From Thermoplasmata archaeon (GTDB taxonomy: Archaea; Thermoplasmatota; E2; JACPAO01; JAHFTW01), in the NCBI GenBank assembly GCA_034667725.1, contig JAXDQS010000010.1, positions 217,937 to 281,936 on the forward strand: 64,000 nucleotides of DNA, given 5' to 3'. The notes under the pieces were generated by a model. That model had not been told where the DNA came from. It worked only from the letters and a program-made list of their open reading frames with translations, and ran no database searches. Numbering within the stretch: position 1 is the first letter of the stretch; each line of letters starts with the position of its first letter. The position numbers were made by a program, and so were the translations under genes. Shown one piece after another: positions 55,322 through 64,000 of this stretch.

Positions 55322-55679
55322 GCGCCGTCTCGTGGGCGTGCGGCCGCGGCTTGGTCACGAGGTACAGCTCGCGCGCCACCAGGATCGCCATCACGTACGC
55401 CAAGATGGCGGCGCCGATGCGCAGGTAGATGGCCCAGGCTTGCGCCGACAGCGGCCAGCGGGCAAGCTGCTCCAGGTCGCCGGTCAGCCACGAAGCCGCC
55501 AGCACGCCGAGGTAGTACACGAAGATGGCCCACGCCATGAAGCGCAGGTTGCGCGCCGCGCGCCGCAGGTGCCCGAACGCCTCGCGCTGGAAGCTGCGCA
55601 CCTGCCGGTCGACGACGAACGCCAGCGCCAACGGCGCGGCGGCGACCACCGATGCCACCGCCGCCAGGACCAGCTGCAT
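55311..55679 (-). CDS. Hypothetical small membrane protein
   Basis: 122 aa with three hydrophobic helices; overlaps the ttuA-like start by 11 nt. Confidence 0.35.
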   Translation of the reverse strand: MQLVLAAVASVVAAAPLALAFVVDRQVRSFQREAFGHLRRAARNLRFMAWAIFVYYLGVLAASWLTGDLEQLARWPLSAQAWAIYLRIGAAILAYVMAILVARELYLVTKPRPHAHETAREL

Positions 55680-55681
55680 CC

Positions 55682-56671
55682 CTAGAGCAGGCCCGCCTTC
55701 TGCAGCGTCAGCAGGTCCTCGGTGGAGAGCTTCTCGCCCTTCTTGAAGCGCTGGAACACCATCTCCGCCGCCGCCTCGTTCTTGGCCTGGGTGGCCGCCG
55801 AGGGCTGCCCGCCGCCGTGCTGGCCGGTGGCGTCCTCGATCTCGTGGATGGCGTTGACGAACTGGATGTACGTCTTGTGAATCTCGTCCGCCTCCATCTT
55901 GGCGACGACGAACTTCTCCTGGAGCTTGTCCGCCTTCTTGCGGAGCTTGTCGGACTCCTTGTAGAGCTTGATCATGGCGTCGTGCTCCGACTGGGCCTTC
56001 TCCGCCATCTCGCCGACCTTGGCGTGCGCCTTCTCGGCCTTCTCCTTGAGCTCCTCCGCCTTCTCCAGGCTGGCCTTCAGCTCGGGGTCGGCGCGCAGCA
56101 GCTTCTCCTTCTCGCGGATGAGCTTGCCGATCTCCTTGAGGCGCTCCATCAGCGCCTTCTCCTTGGCGACCGTCAGCACCGAGGTCATCTGCTGGAACTC
56201 GAGCTGCTTGGCCTCCTTCTTGAGCTTCGCGACCGTCAGGGTGGCGTCGCCCTCGGGCATCCGGGTGCGCCGCAGCACCTCCGCGGACTTCTGCGCCTCG
56301 TCGGCCGCCCGGTTGGCCTCGTCCCGCAGCTCCTTCGAGCGCTTGACGCCCTCGTTCATCTCGTCGCGGCGCTTCTTGTGCTCGTTGGCCTGGTTCACGA
56401 GCCCGCGGACCTCTGCGTTGTAGGTGTCGCGCTCCTCGGCGTGCTTGCGCGCCTCGTCGTTGAGGCGGTCGCGCTCGCGCCGGAGCATGTTGGCGCGGCT
56501 CTGGAGGTCCTCCTTCTTCATGCCGGGCTTGGGCCCGTTGGGGTTCGGCTTGGGAGGCTCGGGGGTCGCCTCGACGGGGGCGGCCGCGGTCTCGGTCTCA
56601 GGGGCTTCGGGCGCGGGGGGCGACTCGGGCGCCGGCGGCGCCGCCGAGGCCACATCGGTGGTCTCACTCAT
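55682..56671 (-). CDS. Archaeal coiled-coil protein
   Basis: ~330 aa. Pro/Ala-rich N-terminus, long K/E/R-rich heptad region, conserved-looking C-terminus (VFQRFKKGEKLSTEDLLTLQKAGLL). The ORF-track frame extends antisense through the next gene and is a run-on. Confidence 0.55.
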   Translation of the reverse strand: MSETTDVASAAPPAPESPPAPEAPETETAAAPVEATPEPPKPNPNGPKPGMKKEDLQSRANMLRRERDRLNDEARKHAEERDTYNAEVRGLVNQANEHKKRRDEMNEGVKRSKELRDEANRAADEAQKSAEVLRRTRMPEGDATLTVAKLKKEAKQLEFQQMTSVLTVAKEKALMERLKEIGKLIREKEKLLRADPELKASLEKAEELKEKAEKAHAKVGEMAEKAQSEHDAMIKLYKESDKLRKKADKLQEKFVVAKMEADEIHKTYIQFVNAIHEIEDATGQHGGGQPSAATQAKNEAAAEMVFQRFKKGEKLSTEDLLTLQKAGLL

Positions 56672-56832
56672 GGTCCAGTCACCAGGATGGGCGTTCGCAC
56701 AAGGGCCCCCTAGATAACGGGTGCGGCTGAGGAGGGCACCATAATCCCCGCGCCCTAACGGTGCATGAGGGGACAGAAGGAGGATGTAGGCGGCAAAAAG
56801 GTGGCCAAAATGTGCTACGGTGCCGCCGATTC

Positions 56833-56897
56833 CCACAGAACTCTGTGGAATTTTGGCTAGGCCTGCCAAATCAATGTCGAGGTCTGTGGAATCTGTG
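56833..56897. promoter_or_regulatory. Cluster of TCTGTG/CACAGA hexamers (dyad plus direct repeats) in a divergent promoter region
   Basis: CCACAGAacTCTGTGG palindrome at 56833-56848 and TCTGTGgaaTCTGTG at 56883-56897, in a relatively AT-rich island. Confidence 0.3.
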
Positions 56898-57154
56898 TCC
56901 AGTCGGCGGTGCGCGACGGGCCAGCGGCTCCAGGCGACCTGCACGGCCTTCGGTCCAACCCCCCTCGTGCCGCGCCACCGTCTCCGCGTACAGCTCCAGC
57001 TGCCGCAACAGCCGCCCGGCCGTGCCATGCGACAGGCCGCCCCGTTCGCGCCCCGCCCCCCCAACCTCGCGCGTGGCCCCAGCAACGGGAACCCCAAGCC
57101 CAAGGCCGAAAGTCGTAGCCGGCCCGCTGTCCGCCCAGGACGCCGCCTGCAATG

Positions 57155-57162
57155 CTTTATTT
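57155..57162 (+). promoter_or_regulatory. TATA-like box (within hairpin CCTGCAAtgctttatTTGCAGG), leaderless spacing to the ATG at 57188
   Basis: ctttattt centred ~30 nt upstream of the ATG that begins the signal peptide. Confidence 0.35.
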
Positions 57163-57187
57163 GCAGGACAGGGTGGTGACGCCCAGA

Positions 57188-59221
57188 ATGACATCGTCTG
57201 CCGCCTGGGCCGCCTTCGGCGTCCTGGCCGCCCTTGCCGCCACCGGCATCGTCCTGTTGGCGACCCCCGCCGAGGCCGCGGTCATCCTGGAGCCGGCCGG
57301 CCCGCTGGAGCAAATCCACATCTCGCGCTCCAAGACGCTCGACTGCCAGGTGATGTACATCGGCACGGTGTACAGCTTCCCCGGCAGCGAGGCGGACGGC
57401 GAGTTCTGGGGCGTCGGCTCGGGCTCGTGCGGCACTTTCCTGCACGTGGTGGGCGACCAGACCTACGGCCCGCCGGTCGAAGGCTACGGCCCGCCCTACA
57501 TGGCGGGCGGCATCCCGCCCACGCCCTACACGCCCGTCAGCCAGGTCGGCCCCACCGGCACCGGCACCGTCGCGGACCCGTGGACCATCGACACGGTGGC
57601 GCGCGCCGTCGGCCCCGGCACCTTGGTCGAGCTGCACCAGGTGGACGAGTACGTCAAGGGCGACGAGTACTACACCACCACCGTCACCGTCAGCAACCTC
57701 GGCGCCGCCGCGGTGGACCTCATCCTCTACCGCGCCGGCGACTGCTACCTCACCACCACGAGCGCGGACCCCGACTCGGGCTACGGCTACCTCGACGTCG
57801 CCAACCACACCGTGGCCTGCACCGAGACGCCCGGCGGCGCCACCGGCCGCATCATCGAGTGGGTGCCCCTCACGCCCGGCGCGCACGCCGAGCACAACGA
57901 GTGGGACGACATCTGGATGCGCCCGATGTACGGCGACGAGATGGCCGACACCTGCCTGTGCGCCACGTTCCTCGACAACGGCGCCGGCCTGAGCTGGGCG
58001 TTCAGCCTCGGCGTGGGCCAGGACAAGACCTACGCCAACAACAACGTGTTCTCGCCGACCGGCGTCCCGCCGCCCCCCGACCCGGACGTCCCGCCCGTCG
58101 CCCGCGCCACCGCCGCCCCCGGCGAGCGCACCTGCTTCTCGGCGCCGTTCTTCTTCAGCGGCACGGCCTCCACCGACTCCGACGGCACCATCGTCTCCTA
58201 CCTGTGGGACTTCGGCGACGGCTCCCCCGTCGGCGCGGGCGCCACCACCAGCCACGACTACCCCGCCGCCGGCACCTACACCGTGCGCCTCACGGTGACC
58301 GACGACGACAAGCTTGCGCACACGGTCACCTTCACCATCACGAGCCTCGGCGACACCGACTGCCCGTTCACGCTGCGGGTGTTCGACTCGACGGTGCGCG
58401 AGGGCGCCCTGCTGCGCTTCTGCATCCAGGCCGAGGACCTCGACGGCGGCGCGTTCACCTACGCCGCGACCTACCCCGGCGGCCTGCCGGCCGGCCTCGA
58501 GTTCGATGTCGCCGGCTGCCTCGACTGGACCCCCGCCCAAGGCCAGGCCGGCAAGTACGACTGCCTCACCTTCACGGCCATGCAGGGCGGCGGCCCCACC
58601 GGGGCGCCGTTCCAGACCGCCACCGACTGCGCCACCATCACCGTCGTGGCCGTCCCGCCCGTCCAGGCGACCGACGACACCGACATGGACGGGGTCGCCG
58701 ACGAGGCCGACAACTGCCCGTCGCACGTCAACCGCGACCAGGCCGACAGCGACCGCGACGGCCCCGGCGACGCCTGCGACCCCGTGGCGCCGCAGGCCCG
58801 CGACCCCAGCGTCCCGACGCGCAACCTCGCCGGCCCCGGCGACCAGGACGGCGACCGCGTCGCCGACCGCCTCGACAACTGCCCGGAGCGCCCGAACGCC
58901 TCGCAGGACGACCGCGACCGCGACGGCCTCGGCGACGGCTGCGACCCCGACGAGGACGGCGACGGCATCATCGTCGGCGGCCCCTTCACCGACAACTGCC
59001 CGCTCGCGGCGAACCGCGACCAGGCCGACGCCGACCGCGACGGCGTCGGCGACGCCTGCGACCTGGCCGGCGTGACGGCCGCGTTCGTGCCCGCGCGCGG
59101 CAACGAGCCCGCCCTGCACTCCGCCCGCGCCGGCCCCTCCGTGTGGCCGTGGGTCGCGGCGGCGGCGCTGGGCGCGCTGGCCGCGGCGGCCTTGGTGGCG
59201 GTCGTGCGCCGGCGGGCCTAG
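57188..59221 (+). CDS. Surface protein with PKD domain, Ig-like domain, TSP3 repeats and C-terminal TM anchor (paralogue 2)
   Basis: Signal peptide MTSSAAWAAFGVLAALAATGIVLLATPAEA; PKD motif (YLWDFGDGSPVGAGATTSHDYPAAGTYTVRLTV); CPxT...RFC Ig-like region; DxDxDGxxDxxDNCP repeats; C-terminus GPSVWPWVAAAALGALAAAALVAVVRRRA. Confidence 0.6.
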   Translation: MTSSAAWAAFGVLAALAATGIVLLATPAEAAVILEPAGPLEQIHISRSKTLDCQVMYIGTVYSFPGSEADGEFWGVGSGSCGTFLHVVGDQTYGPPVEGYGPPYMAGGIPPTPYTPVSQVGPTGTGTVADPWTIDTVARAVGPGTLVELHQVDEYVKGDEYYTTTVTVSNLGAAAVDLILYRAGDCYLTTTSADPDSGYGYLDVANHTVACTETPGGATGRIIEWVPLTPGAHAEHNEWDDIWMRPMYGDEMADTCLCATFLDNGAGLSWAFSLGVGQDKTYANNNVFSPTGVPPPPDPDVPPVARATAAPGERTCFSAPFFFSGTASTDSDGTIVSYLWDFGDGSPVGAGATTSHDYPAAGTYTVRLTVTDDDKLAHTVTFTITSLGDTDCPFTLRVFDSTVREGALLRFCIQAEDLDGGAFTYAATYPGGLPAGLEFDVAGCLDWTPAQGQAGKYDCLTFTAMQGGGPTGAPFQTATDCATITVVAVPPVQATDDTDMDGVADEADNCPSHVNRDQADSDRDGPGDACDPVAPQARDPSVPTRNLAGPGDQDGDRVADRLDNCPERPNASQDDRDRDGLGDGCDPDEDGDGIIVGGPFTDNCPLAANRDQADADRDGVGDACDLAGVTAAFVPARGNEPALHSARAGPSVWPWVAAAALGALAAAALVAVVRRRA

Positions 59222-59274
59222 GCCGGCAGCCCCCGGCGACAACCGTTAAGGGCGAAGGCCGCCGTCGGCCGCAT

Positions 59275-61125
59275 ATGCGCCTTGGCGCCATCCTTCCCGT
59301 CGCCCTCCTGGGCCTTGCCCTTCTCGCCGGCTGCACGCAGCCCGAAGCCGAGCCGCCCGTCGCCCAGGACGAGCCCCGCCTGGTGCCCGTCGCCGAGCGC
59401 AACGGCCTGCCGTACAACGTCACCGGCTACTACTCGCGCACCTTGGTGGACGGCGTCCTCGGGATGCTGCCCGTGGAGTCGGTGTTCGTCGACGTCGAGC
59501 TGCCCGCCACCGAGGGCGGCGCCGCCTTGATGGGCGGGGCCCGCGTCCACATGGGCCTGTGGCGCCCGAACGTGCCCGCCGGTACCAAGGTCCCCGTCAT
59601 CGCGGACATCGGCCCGTACTACGGCGACTCCGACGACCCCGCCGTGAGTCCGGCGCACCGCCTGGGCGGCTTCCTGATCGAGAACTTCGTCCCGCACGGC
59701 TACGCGGTGGCCCAAGTGTCGGTGTTCGGCTCCGGCCTCTCCAACCACTGCATGGACCTCATGGGCAACGCCGAGCAGCTCGGCATCGACGCCGCCGTCA
59801 CCTGGCTCGGCACCCAGGAGTGGTCCAACGGCAAGGTCGGCCTCGTCGGCCGCAGCTACGACGGCTCCACCCCATGGGAGGCCGCCACCTTCGGCAACGA
59901 GCACCTGGCCACCATCGTCCCGATCTCCGGCCTCATCGGCATGCACGACCTGATGTGGCGCAACGGCAGCGCCGAGACCCGCGGCCCCATCATGCACAAC
60001 GTCGTCTACGGCACCTTCGGCATCGACACGCCCGACCCCACCGGCCCCGAGGGCCCGCAGGTGGACGACGGCGAGATGGTGGAGAACCTCCAGACCCTCT
60101 GCCCCGACTACGTCGCCGGCCTGCCCGAGGGCGCTGGCGCCACCGTCACCGGCGACCAGGTCGTCCCCGCCGTCAACCCGTACTGGGCCGAGCGCAGCTT
60201 CCTGCCGCGCGCCCTTGCCAACTACAAGGGCTCGGTGTACCTCATCCACGGCCTGCAGGACTGGAACGTCGACCCGCACATGGCGTTCCCGACCTACCAG
60301 AAGCTAGAGGCCGCCGGCCTGGAGGTCAAGGGGCTGTTCGGCCAATGGAACCACATGTACCCCGACCGCCCCAGCGAGCACGTCAGCACCCCTGACGGCG
60401 AGGGCCACGAGGCCTACCCCGCCTCGGTGCGCTACGACTGGGCCCAGGACCTGCTGGAGTGGTTCGACCACTACCTCATGGGCGACCCGCTGGCGCCTGC
60501 CCTCCACGCCGAGGTGCAGGACAACCACGGCGCCTGGCGCGTCGAGGCCACCTACCCGCCCGCCGACGCCACCCCGCTGGCCATCGGCCTCGACGCCGCG
60601 ACCAGTGTTGCGCCCAATGGCGCCGCCGCCCCCGCCGGCCAGCCCATCGTCAGCCCGAACGACGGCATGGCCCTCGCGTTCGCGCCGCTTGCCGCCGACA
60701 CCCGCATCGCCGGCCTGCCCACCTTGCACGTCCAGGTCACACCCACCGGCCCCGGCGGCCAAATCTACGCCGAGCTGACCGACGTGGCGCCCGACGGCAA
60801 GACGCTGCGCCTCGGCCACGCCATCATGGATCTTCGGTTCGCCGCCGGCGGCACCGAGGCCCAGCCCGTCACCCCCGGCATGCCGCTCGTGGCCCGCATG
60901 GAGTTCGAGGCGTTCGACGCCGTCGTGCCCGCCGGCCACAGCCTCCGCCTGGAGCTGGCCGGCTTCGGCCGCGACTACCTGCCGAGCGCGGTGTCGGCGC
61001 CGGTGCTGGTGGACCTGTCGGCCGCCAGCGTGCTGACCCTGCCCACCATCGAGCGCGGCGCGGAGGCGTTCTTCACGCCGCCGGCGTGGTCGGGCGAGGC
61101 CGAGGCGACCGCGCAGGAACCGTAG
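59275..61125 (+). CDS. S15-family (CocE/NonD, X-Pro dipeptidyl-peptidase-like) hydrolase lipoprotein
   Basis: Lipobox LLAGC; GRSYDG nucleophile elbow (GxSYxG) in an alpha/beta-hydrolase context; C-terminal beta-sandwich region. Confidence 0.6.
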   Translation: MRLGAILPVALLGLALLAGCTQPEAEPPVAQDEPRLVPVAERNGLPYNVTGYYSRTLVDGVLGMLPVESVFVDVELPATEGGAALMGGARVHMGLWRPNVPAGTKVPVIADIGPYYGDSDDPAVSPAHRLGGFLIENFVPHGYAVAQVSVFGSGLSNHCMDLMGNAEQLGIDAAVTWLGTQEWSNGKVGLVGRSYDGSTPWEAATFGNEHLATIVPISGLIGMHDLMWRNGSAETRGPIMHNVVYGTFGIDTPDPTGPEGPQVDDGEMVENLQTLCPDYVAGLPEGAGATVTGDQVVPAVNPYWAERSFLPRALANYKGSVYLIHGLQDWNVDPHMAFPTYQKLEAAGLEVKGLFGQWNHMYPDRPSEHVSTPDGEGHEAYPASVRYDWAQDLLEWFDHYLMGDPLAPALHAEVQDNHGAWRVEATYPPADATPLAIGLDAATSVAPNGAAAPAGQPIVSPNDGMALAFAPLAADTRIAGLPTLHVQVTPTGPGGQIYAELTDVAPDGKTLRLGHAIMDLRFAAGGTEAQPVTPGMPLVARMEFEAFDAVVPAGHSLRLELAGFGRDYLPSAVSAPVLVDLSAASVLTLPTIERGAEAFFTPPAWSGEAEATAQEP

Positions 61126-61202
61126 CAAAAGGCAACGTTCTCGCAGGGTGCGCCGTCGCCTGCCTGCCAAGGTTCAAGAGCCGGAATCAAAATCCGGGGC
61201 TG

Positions 61203-63659
61203 TTGTCGCTTGGTCGGTGGCTGCTTGCCCTTGGGCTCGTGCTGCTCGGCGTCGCCGTGGCCGTCGAGGCGCGCGAGTACTGGACGGCCGACCTGCCGAC
61301 CTTCTGCGGCACCAAGGGCCCCACCATCGACCTCCTGAACCCGTCCCCCACGATCGCCACCGCCACCGTCACCACGGAAGGCATCTCGACGGTCTACGTG
61401 GTGCTGCCCGACTCGGCCTTCGTGATCAAGCCCGCGTCCCCGATCCCAGGCAGCGGCATCGGGGTCGCGGGCGTCTACCACATCGACACCGGGACGGGCC
61501 CTGTCGTGCCCCTGCTGGCCGGCGACGAGGTGCCGTCGTGCGGCGACGCCAACCGCATCCTGCCCACCGACGCCTTGGGCACCAACCACGTCCTCCACAC
61601 CTTCCCCGCGACCACCTACGCCACCGACCGCTCGTTCTTCACGGTCATCGCCACCGAGGACGACACCACCGTCGGCATCTTCCTGCAAGGCACCCCGACG
61701 ACGCCGGGCGGCGGCCTGCCTCCCATGGTCCCCGGCGTCAGCTACTCCTACGTCCTTGCCCGCGGCGTCGCGCTCACCGCAGTCTCCGGCCCCTCCACGG
61801 TGCTGGCGATGGCGGCGTTCGACGGCACCAACATCGTCTCCGACAAGCCCGTGAGCGTCTGGTCCGGCAACTTCCACAGCACCTACGGCATGGCCTCCGG
61901 CGGCGCGGACCAGATCTGGAACCAGCACCCGCCCACGCGGCTGTGGGGCACCGAGTACGTCGCCTGCTCCACCCTGGACCCGATGGTGCGCGCCAGCGGC
62001 ACCGAGCGGCTCCGGTTCGGCAACGCGTTCGTCCCGGCCACCGTCACCTTGGACCCGCCTCCCGTGGGCGCGGCAAGCGGCGTCTACGCCCTCGCCGCCA
62101 ACGCGTGGCTGGAGGTCAACGTCGACAGCAACACCCGCATCACCTCGACCGAGCCGATCCAGGCGCTGCACATCATGGTCCCCGACTCGCCGCCGCCGCT
62201 CGGCGACGTCGACATCCTGCCGCTGGCGCCGACCTCGCTCTGGACCGAGGAGCACCTGCTCTACGCCTCGCCCAACTACCCCGTGCGCCACCTCGCCATG
62301 GTGGTCCCGGCCGGCGGCGCCGCGGCGCTCGACGGCACCCTGGTCACGGGCGGCACCCCGGTCGGCGCCTCCGGCTACCGGTGCGCGCTCCAGCCGGTGG
62401 CGGCCGGCCTGCACCGCGTCACCGGCACCCAGCCGCTCGGCAACTGGATGATGGGCCAGACCCCGTTCTCCGGCTCCTACTGGTACGAGGACGCCGGCCT
62501 CCCCAAGGTGCTGCCGCCTCCGCCGCCGCCCCCGCCGCCCCGCCCGCCGGTGGCGGTGCCGGCCGTGGCCGGCGCGGGCACGAGCTGCGTGGACAGCGCC
62601 GTGCTGCTCACCGGCATCGCCTCGTTCGACCCCGACCTCGGCGGCACGGTCGTGGCGTGGGCGTGGGACTTCGGGGATGGCGTGAAGGGCGCCGGCAAGA
62701 CCGTCGCGCACGAGTACGCGCTCGCCGGCGATTACACCGTCACCCTCACCGTCACCGACAACGACGGCATGACGCACACGGCCACGCTCCTGGTCCACGT
62801 CGCCGTCGACGCCGACTGCCCCGCCACCCTCGTCACCGGCCATTCCTTGGTGCGCGAGCGCGACACCGTCCGGTTCTGTGTTGCCGCCAGCGACCCCGAC
62901 GGCGGCCCCTTCACCTTCACCCTCGCCTGGCCCGACGGCGAGCCCGCCGGCGTCACCTTCACGCCCGACGGCTGCCTCAGTTGGCGCACCTCCGTCGGCC
63001 AGGCCGGCTTCTACCCGTGCCTGCTGTTCACGGCCCTCGGACCCGGCGGCCCCGTGGCCGGCTGCGCCACCGTCGAGGTGCTGCCGTGGCCCCGCCCCGA
63101 TCCGACCCTCGACACCGACCTCGATGGCGTGGCCGACACTCAGGACAACTGTCCTTACGACGCCAACCGCGACCAGGCGGACGACGACCTCGACGGCCTC
63201 GGCGACCTGTGCGACCCGACGCCCCTGCGGCGCGACCTCGCCAATCCCGGTCCCGAACGGCTTGGCCGCGCCCGCGACGCCGACCGCGACGGCATCGCCG
63301 ACCCCGCCGACAACTGCCCGCTGGCGCCCAACACCTCGCAGGCCGACCGCGACCGCGACGGCGCCGGCGACGCCTGCGACCCGGACGCCGACGGCGACGG
63401 CGTCGCGACGGCGGGCGCGTTCCCCGACAACTGCCCCGACGCCGCCAACCCCGACCAGCGCGACGCCGACGCCAACGGCCACGGCGACGCCTGCGACGCC
63501 GCCGCGCCCGCCGCGCCGCGCGCCCTGGCGCGCGGCCGCGAGGCGGCGGCGTCGGTCGGCGGCGGCGCGCCGTGGGCCGTGGCGGCCGTCGGGCTGGGGG
63601 CGGCAGCGCCCCTGCTGGCGTGGGCCGTCGTGCGCCGCAAGTTCGCTGCCAAACCTTAA
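61203..63659 (+). CDS. Surface protein with PKD domain, Ig-like domain, TSP3 repeats and C-terminal TM anchor (paralogue 3)
   Basis: Probable TTG start giving a signal peptide (LSLGRWLLALGLVLLGVAVAVEA); PKD motif (AWAWDFGDGVKGAGKTVAHEYALAGDYTVTLTV); CPATL...RFC region; TSP3 repeats; C-terminus GAPWAVAAVGLGAAAPLLAWAVVRRKFAAKP. Confidence 0.55.
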   Translation: MSLGRWLLALGLVLLGVAVAVEAREYWTADLPTFCGTKGPTIDLLNPSPTIATATVTTEGISTVYVVLPDSAFVIKPASPIPGSGIGVAGVYHIDTGTGPVVPLLAGDEVPSCGDANRILPTDALGTNHVLHTFPATTYATDRSFFTVIATEDDTTVGIFLQGTPTTPGGGLPPMVPGVSYSYVLARGVALTAVSGPSTVLAMAAFDGTNIVSDKPVSVWSGNFHSTYGMASGGADQIWNQHPPTRLWGTEYVACSTLDPMVRASGTERLRFGNAFVPATVTLDPPPVGAASGVYALAANAWLEVNVDSNTRITSTEPIQALHIMVPDSPPPLGDVDILPLAPTSLWTEEHLLYASPNYPVRHLAMVVPAGGAAALDGTLVTGGTPVGASGYRCALQPVAAGLHRVTGTQPLGNWMMGQTPFSGSYWYEDAGLPKVLPPPPPPPPPRPPVAVPAVAGAGTSCVDSAVLLTGIASFDPDLGGTVVAWAWDFGDGVKGAGKTVAHEYALAGDYTVTLTVTDNDGMTHTATLLVHVAVDADCPATLVTGHSLVRERDTVRFCVAASDPDGGPFTFTLAWPDGEPAGVTFTPDGCLSWRTSVGQAGFYPCLLFTALGPGGPVAGCATVEVLPWPRPDPTLDTDLDGVADTQDNCPYDANRDQADDDLDGLGDLCDPTPLRRDLANPGPERLGRARDADRDGIADPADNCPLAPNTSQADRDRDGAGDACDPDADGDGVATAGAFPDNCPDAANPDQRDADANGHGDACDAAAPAAPRALARGREAAASVGGGAPWAVAAVGLGAAAPLLAWAVVRRKFAAKP

Positions 63660-63686
63660 GCCGCCATCAAAGTCGGTAGGGGCGTC

Positions 63687-64000
63687 ATGCGTGCCGCGCT
63701 CCTGGCCTTGCTGTTGAGCCTCCCGTTGGCGACCGCCAGCCTCGTCCCCGTCCTGCCCAGCGCGGTCCCGGACACGCCGCTGGCTTCGGTTGCGCCGCCA
63801 GCGCCCCCGGCCATGCCCACCCTGGCGGACCTGCTGGCCGACCCCAACGTCGGGCCCGTGCTGCGCACGACGCCGGGCGTCCGCGGCCTCGAGCGCCTCC
63901 AGGCCAGCGCGCAGGCGGAAGGCAGCGAGCCCGCCCCCGCGCCCGCCACCGACCTTGGCGCCGACGGCCTCCAGCTCGCCTGGCTCCAGGCGTTCCTTGG
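63687..64000 (+). CDS. Secreted hypothetical protein, 3'-partial (continues beyond window)
   Basis: ATG followed by signal peptide MRAALLALLLSLPLATASLVP; frame stays open to the window end. Confidence 0.3.
   Translation, partial: MRAALLALLLSLPLATASLVPVLPSAVPDTPLASVAPPAPPAMPTLADLLADPNVGPVLRTTPGVRGLERLQASAQAEGSEPAPAPATDLGADGLQLAWLQAFL

Noticed and set aside
56672-57187. RNase P RNA or SRP RNA gene in the 516-bp divergent gap
   Set aside because: Only short chance matches (ACAGAAC, GGAUGUAG); the conserved RNase P and SRP RNA core sequences were not found in the right order. Not callable without a covariance-model scan.
56672-59242. Upstream extension of the 1186-aa minus ORF beyond the coiled-coil gene start
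   Set aside because: Beyond the Met at 56671 the frame runs antisense through the intergenic region and the plus-strand surface-protein gene, with low-complexity translation.
1-64000. tRNA, rRNA and CRISPR arrays
   Set aside because: No T-loop-like GGTTCRAATCC contexts, no rRNA-like conserved stretches and no regularly spaced direct repeats were seen by eye. tRNAscan/Infernal would be needed to exclude divergent tRNAs.
1-64000. Haloarchaeal origin suggested by high GC
   Set aside because: Encoded proteins are not acid-shifted (many Arg/Lys-rich proteins, normal ribosomal protein composition), so a halophilic salt-in proteome is unlikely. Lineage left open.

Overview
High-GC (~70%) chromosomal segment that I read as archaeal: it carries Orc1/Cdc6, ribosomal proteins L7Ae-S28e-L24e in the conserved archaeal order, NAC alpha, SRP54, an RNase P Pop5-like protein, Nob1, TrmY, a thermosome-family protein and archaetidylserine synthase/decarboxylase. 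Proteins are not acid-shifted, so probably not a haloarchaeon. About 55 protein-coding genes are supported; no rRNA, tRNA, CRISPR array, transposase or integrase was recognised. Housekeeping genes (pccB, mdh, nnr, uvrB, rnhA, thiolase, ttuA-like) are interleaved with an unusually dense set of secreted or surface-anchored proteins, including a ~2540-aa giant protein and three paralogous PKD/TSP3-repeat proteins. The most interesting candidates are: (1) an exosortase/archaeosortase-like polytopic membrane protein next to the giant protein, with five proteins in the window sharing a non-PGF C-terminal anchor tail; (2) a divergent thermosome paralogue with degenerate ATP-binding motifs; (3) an ORB-like element and TATA box upstream of orc1, plus a duplicated orc1 3' end; (4) a ~215-bp imperfect palindromic element with AT-rich 17-bp terminal inverted repeats between convergent genes. 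All calls come from reading the sequence and ORF translations by eye; no database search or structure prediction was run, and start codons are approximate.
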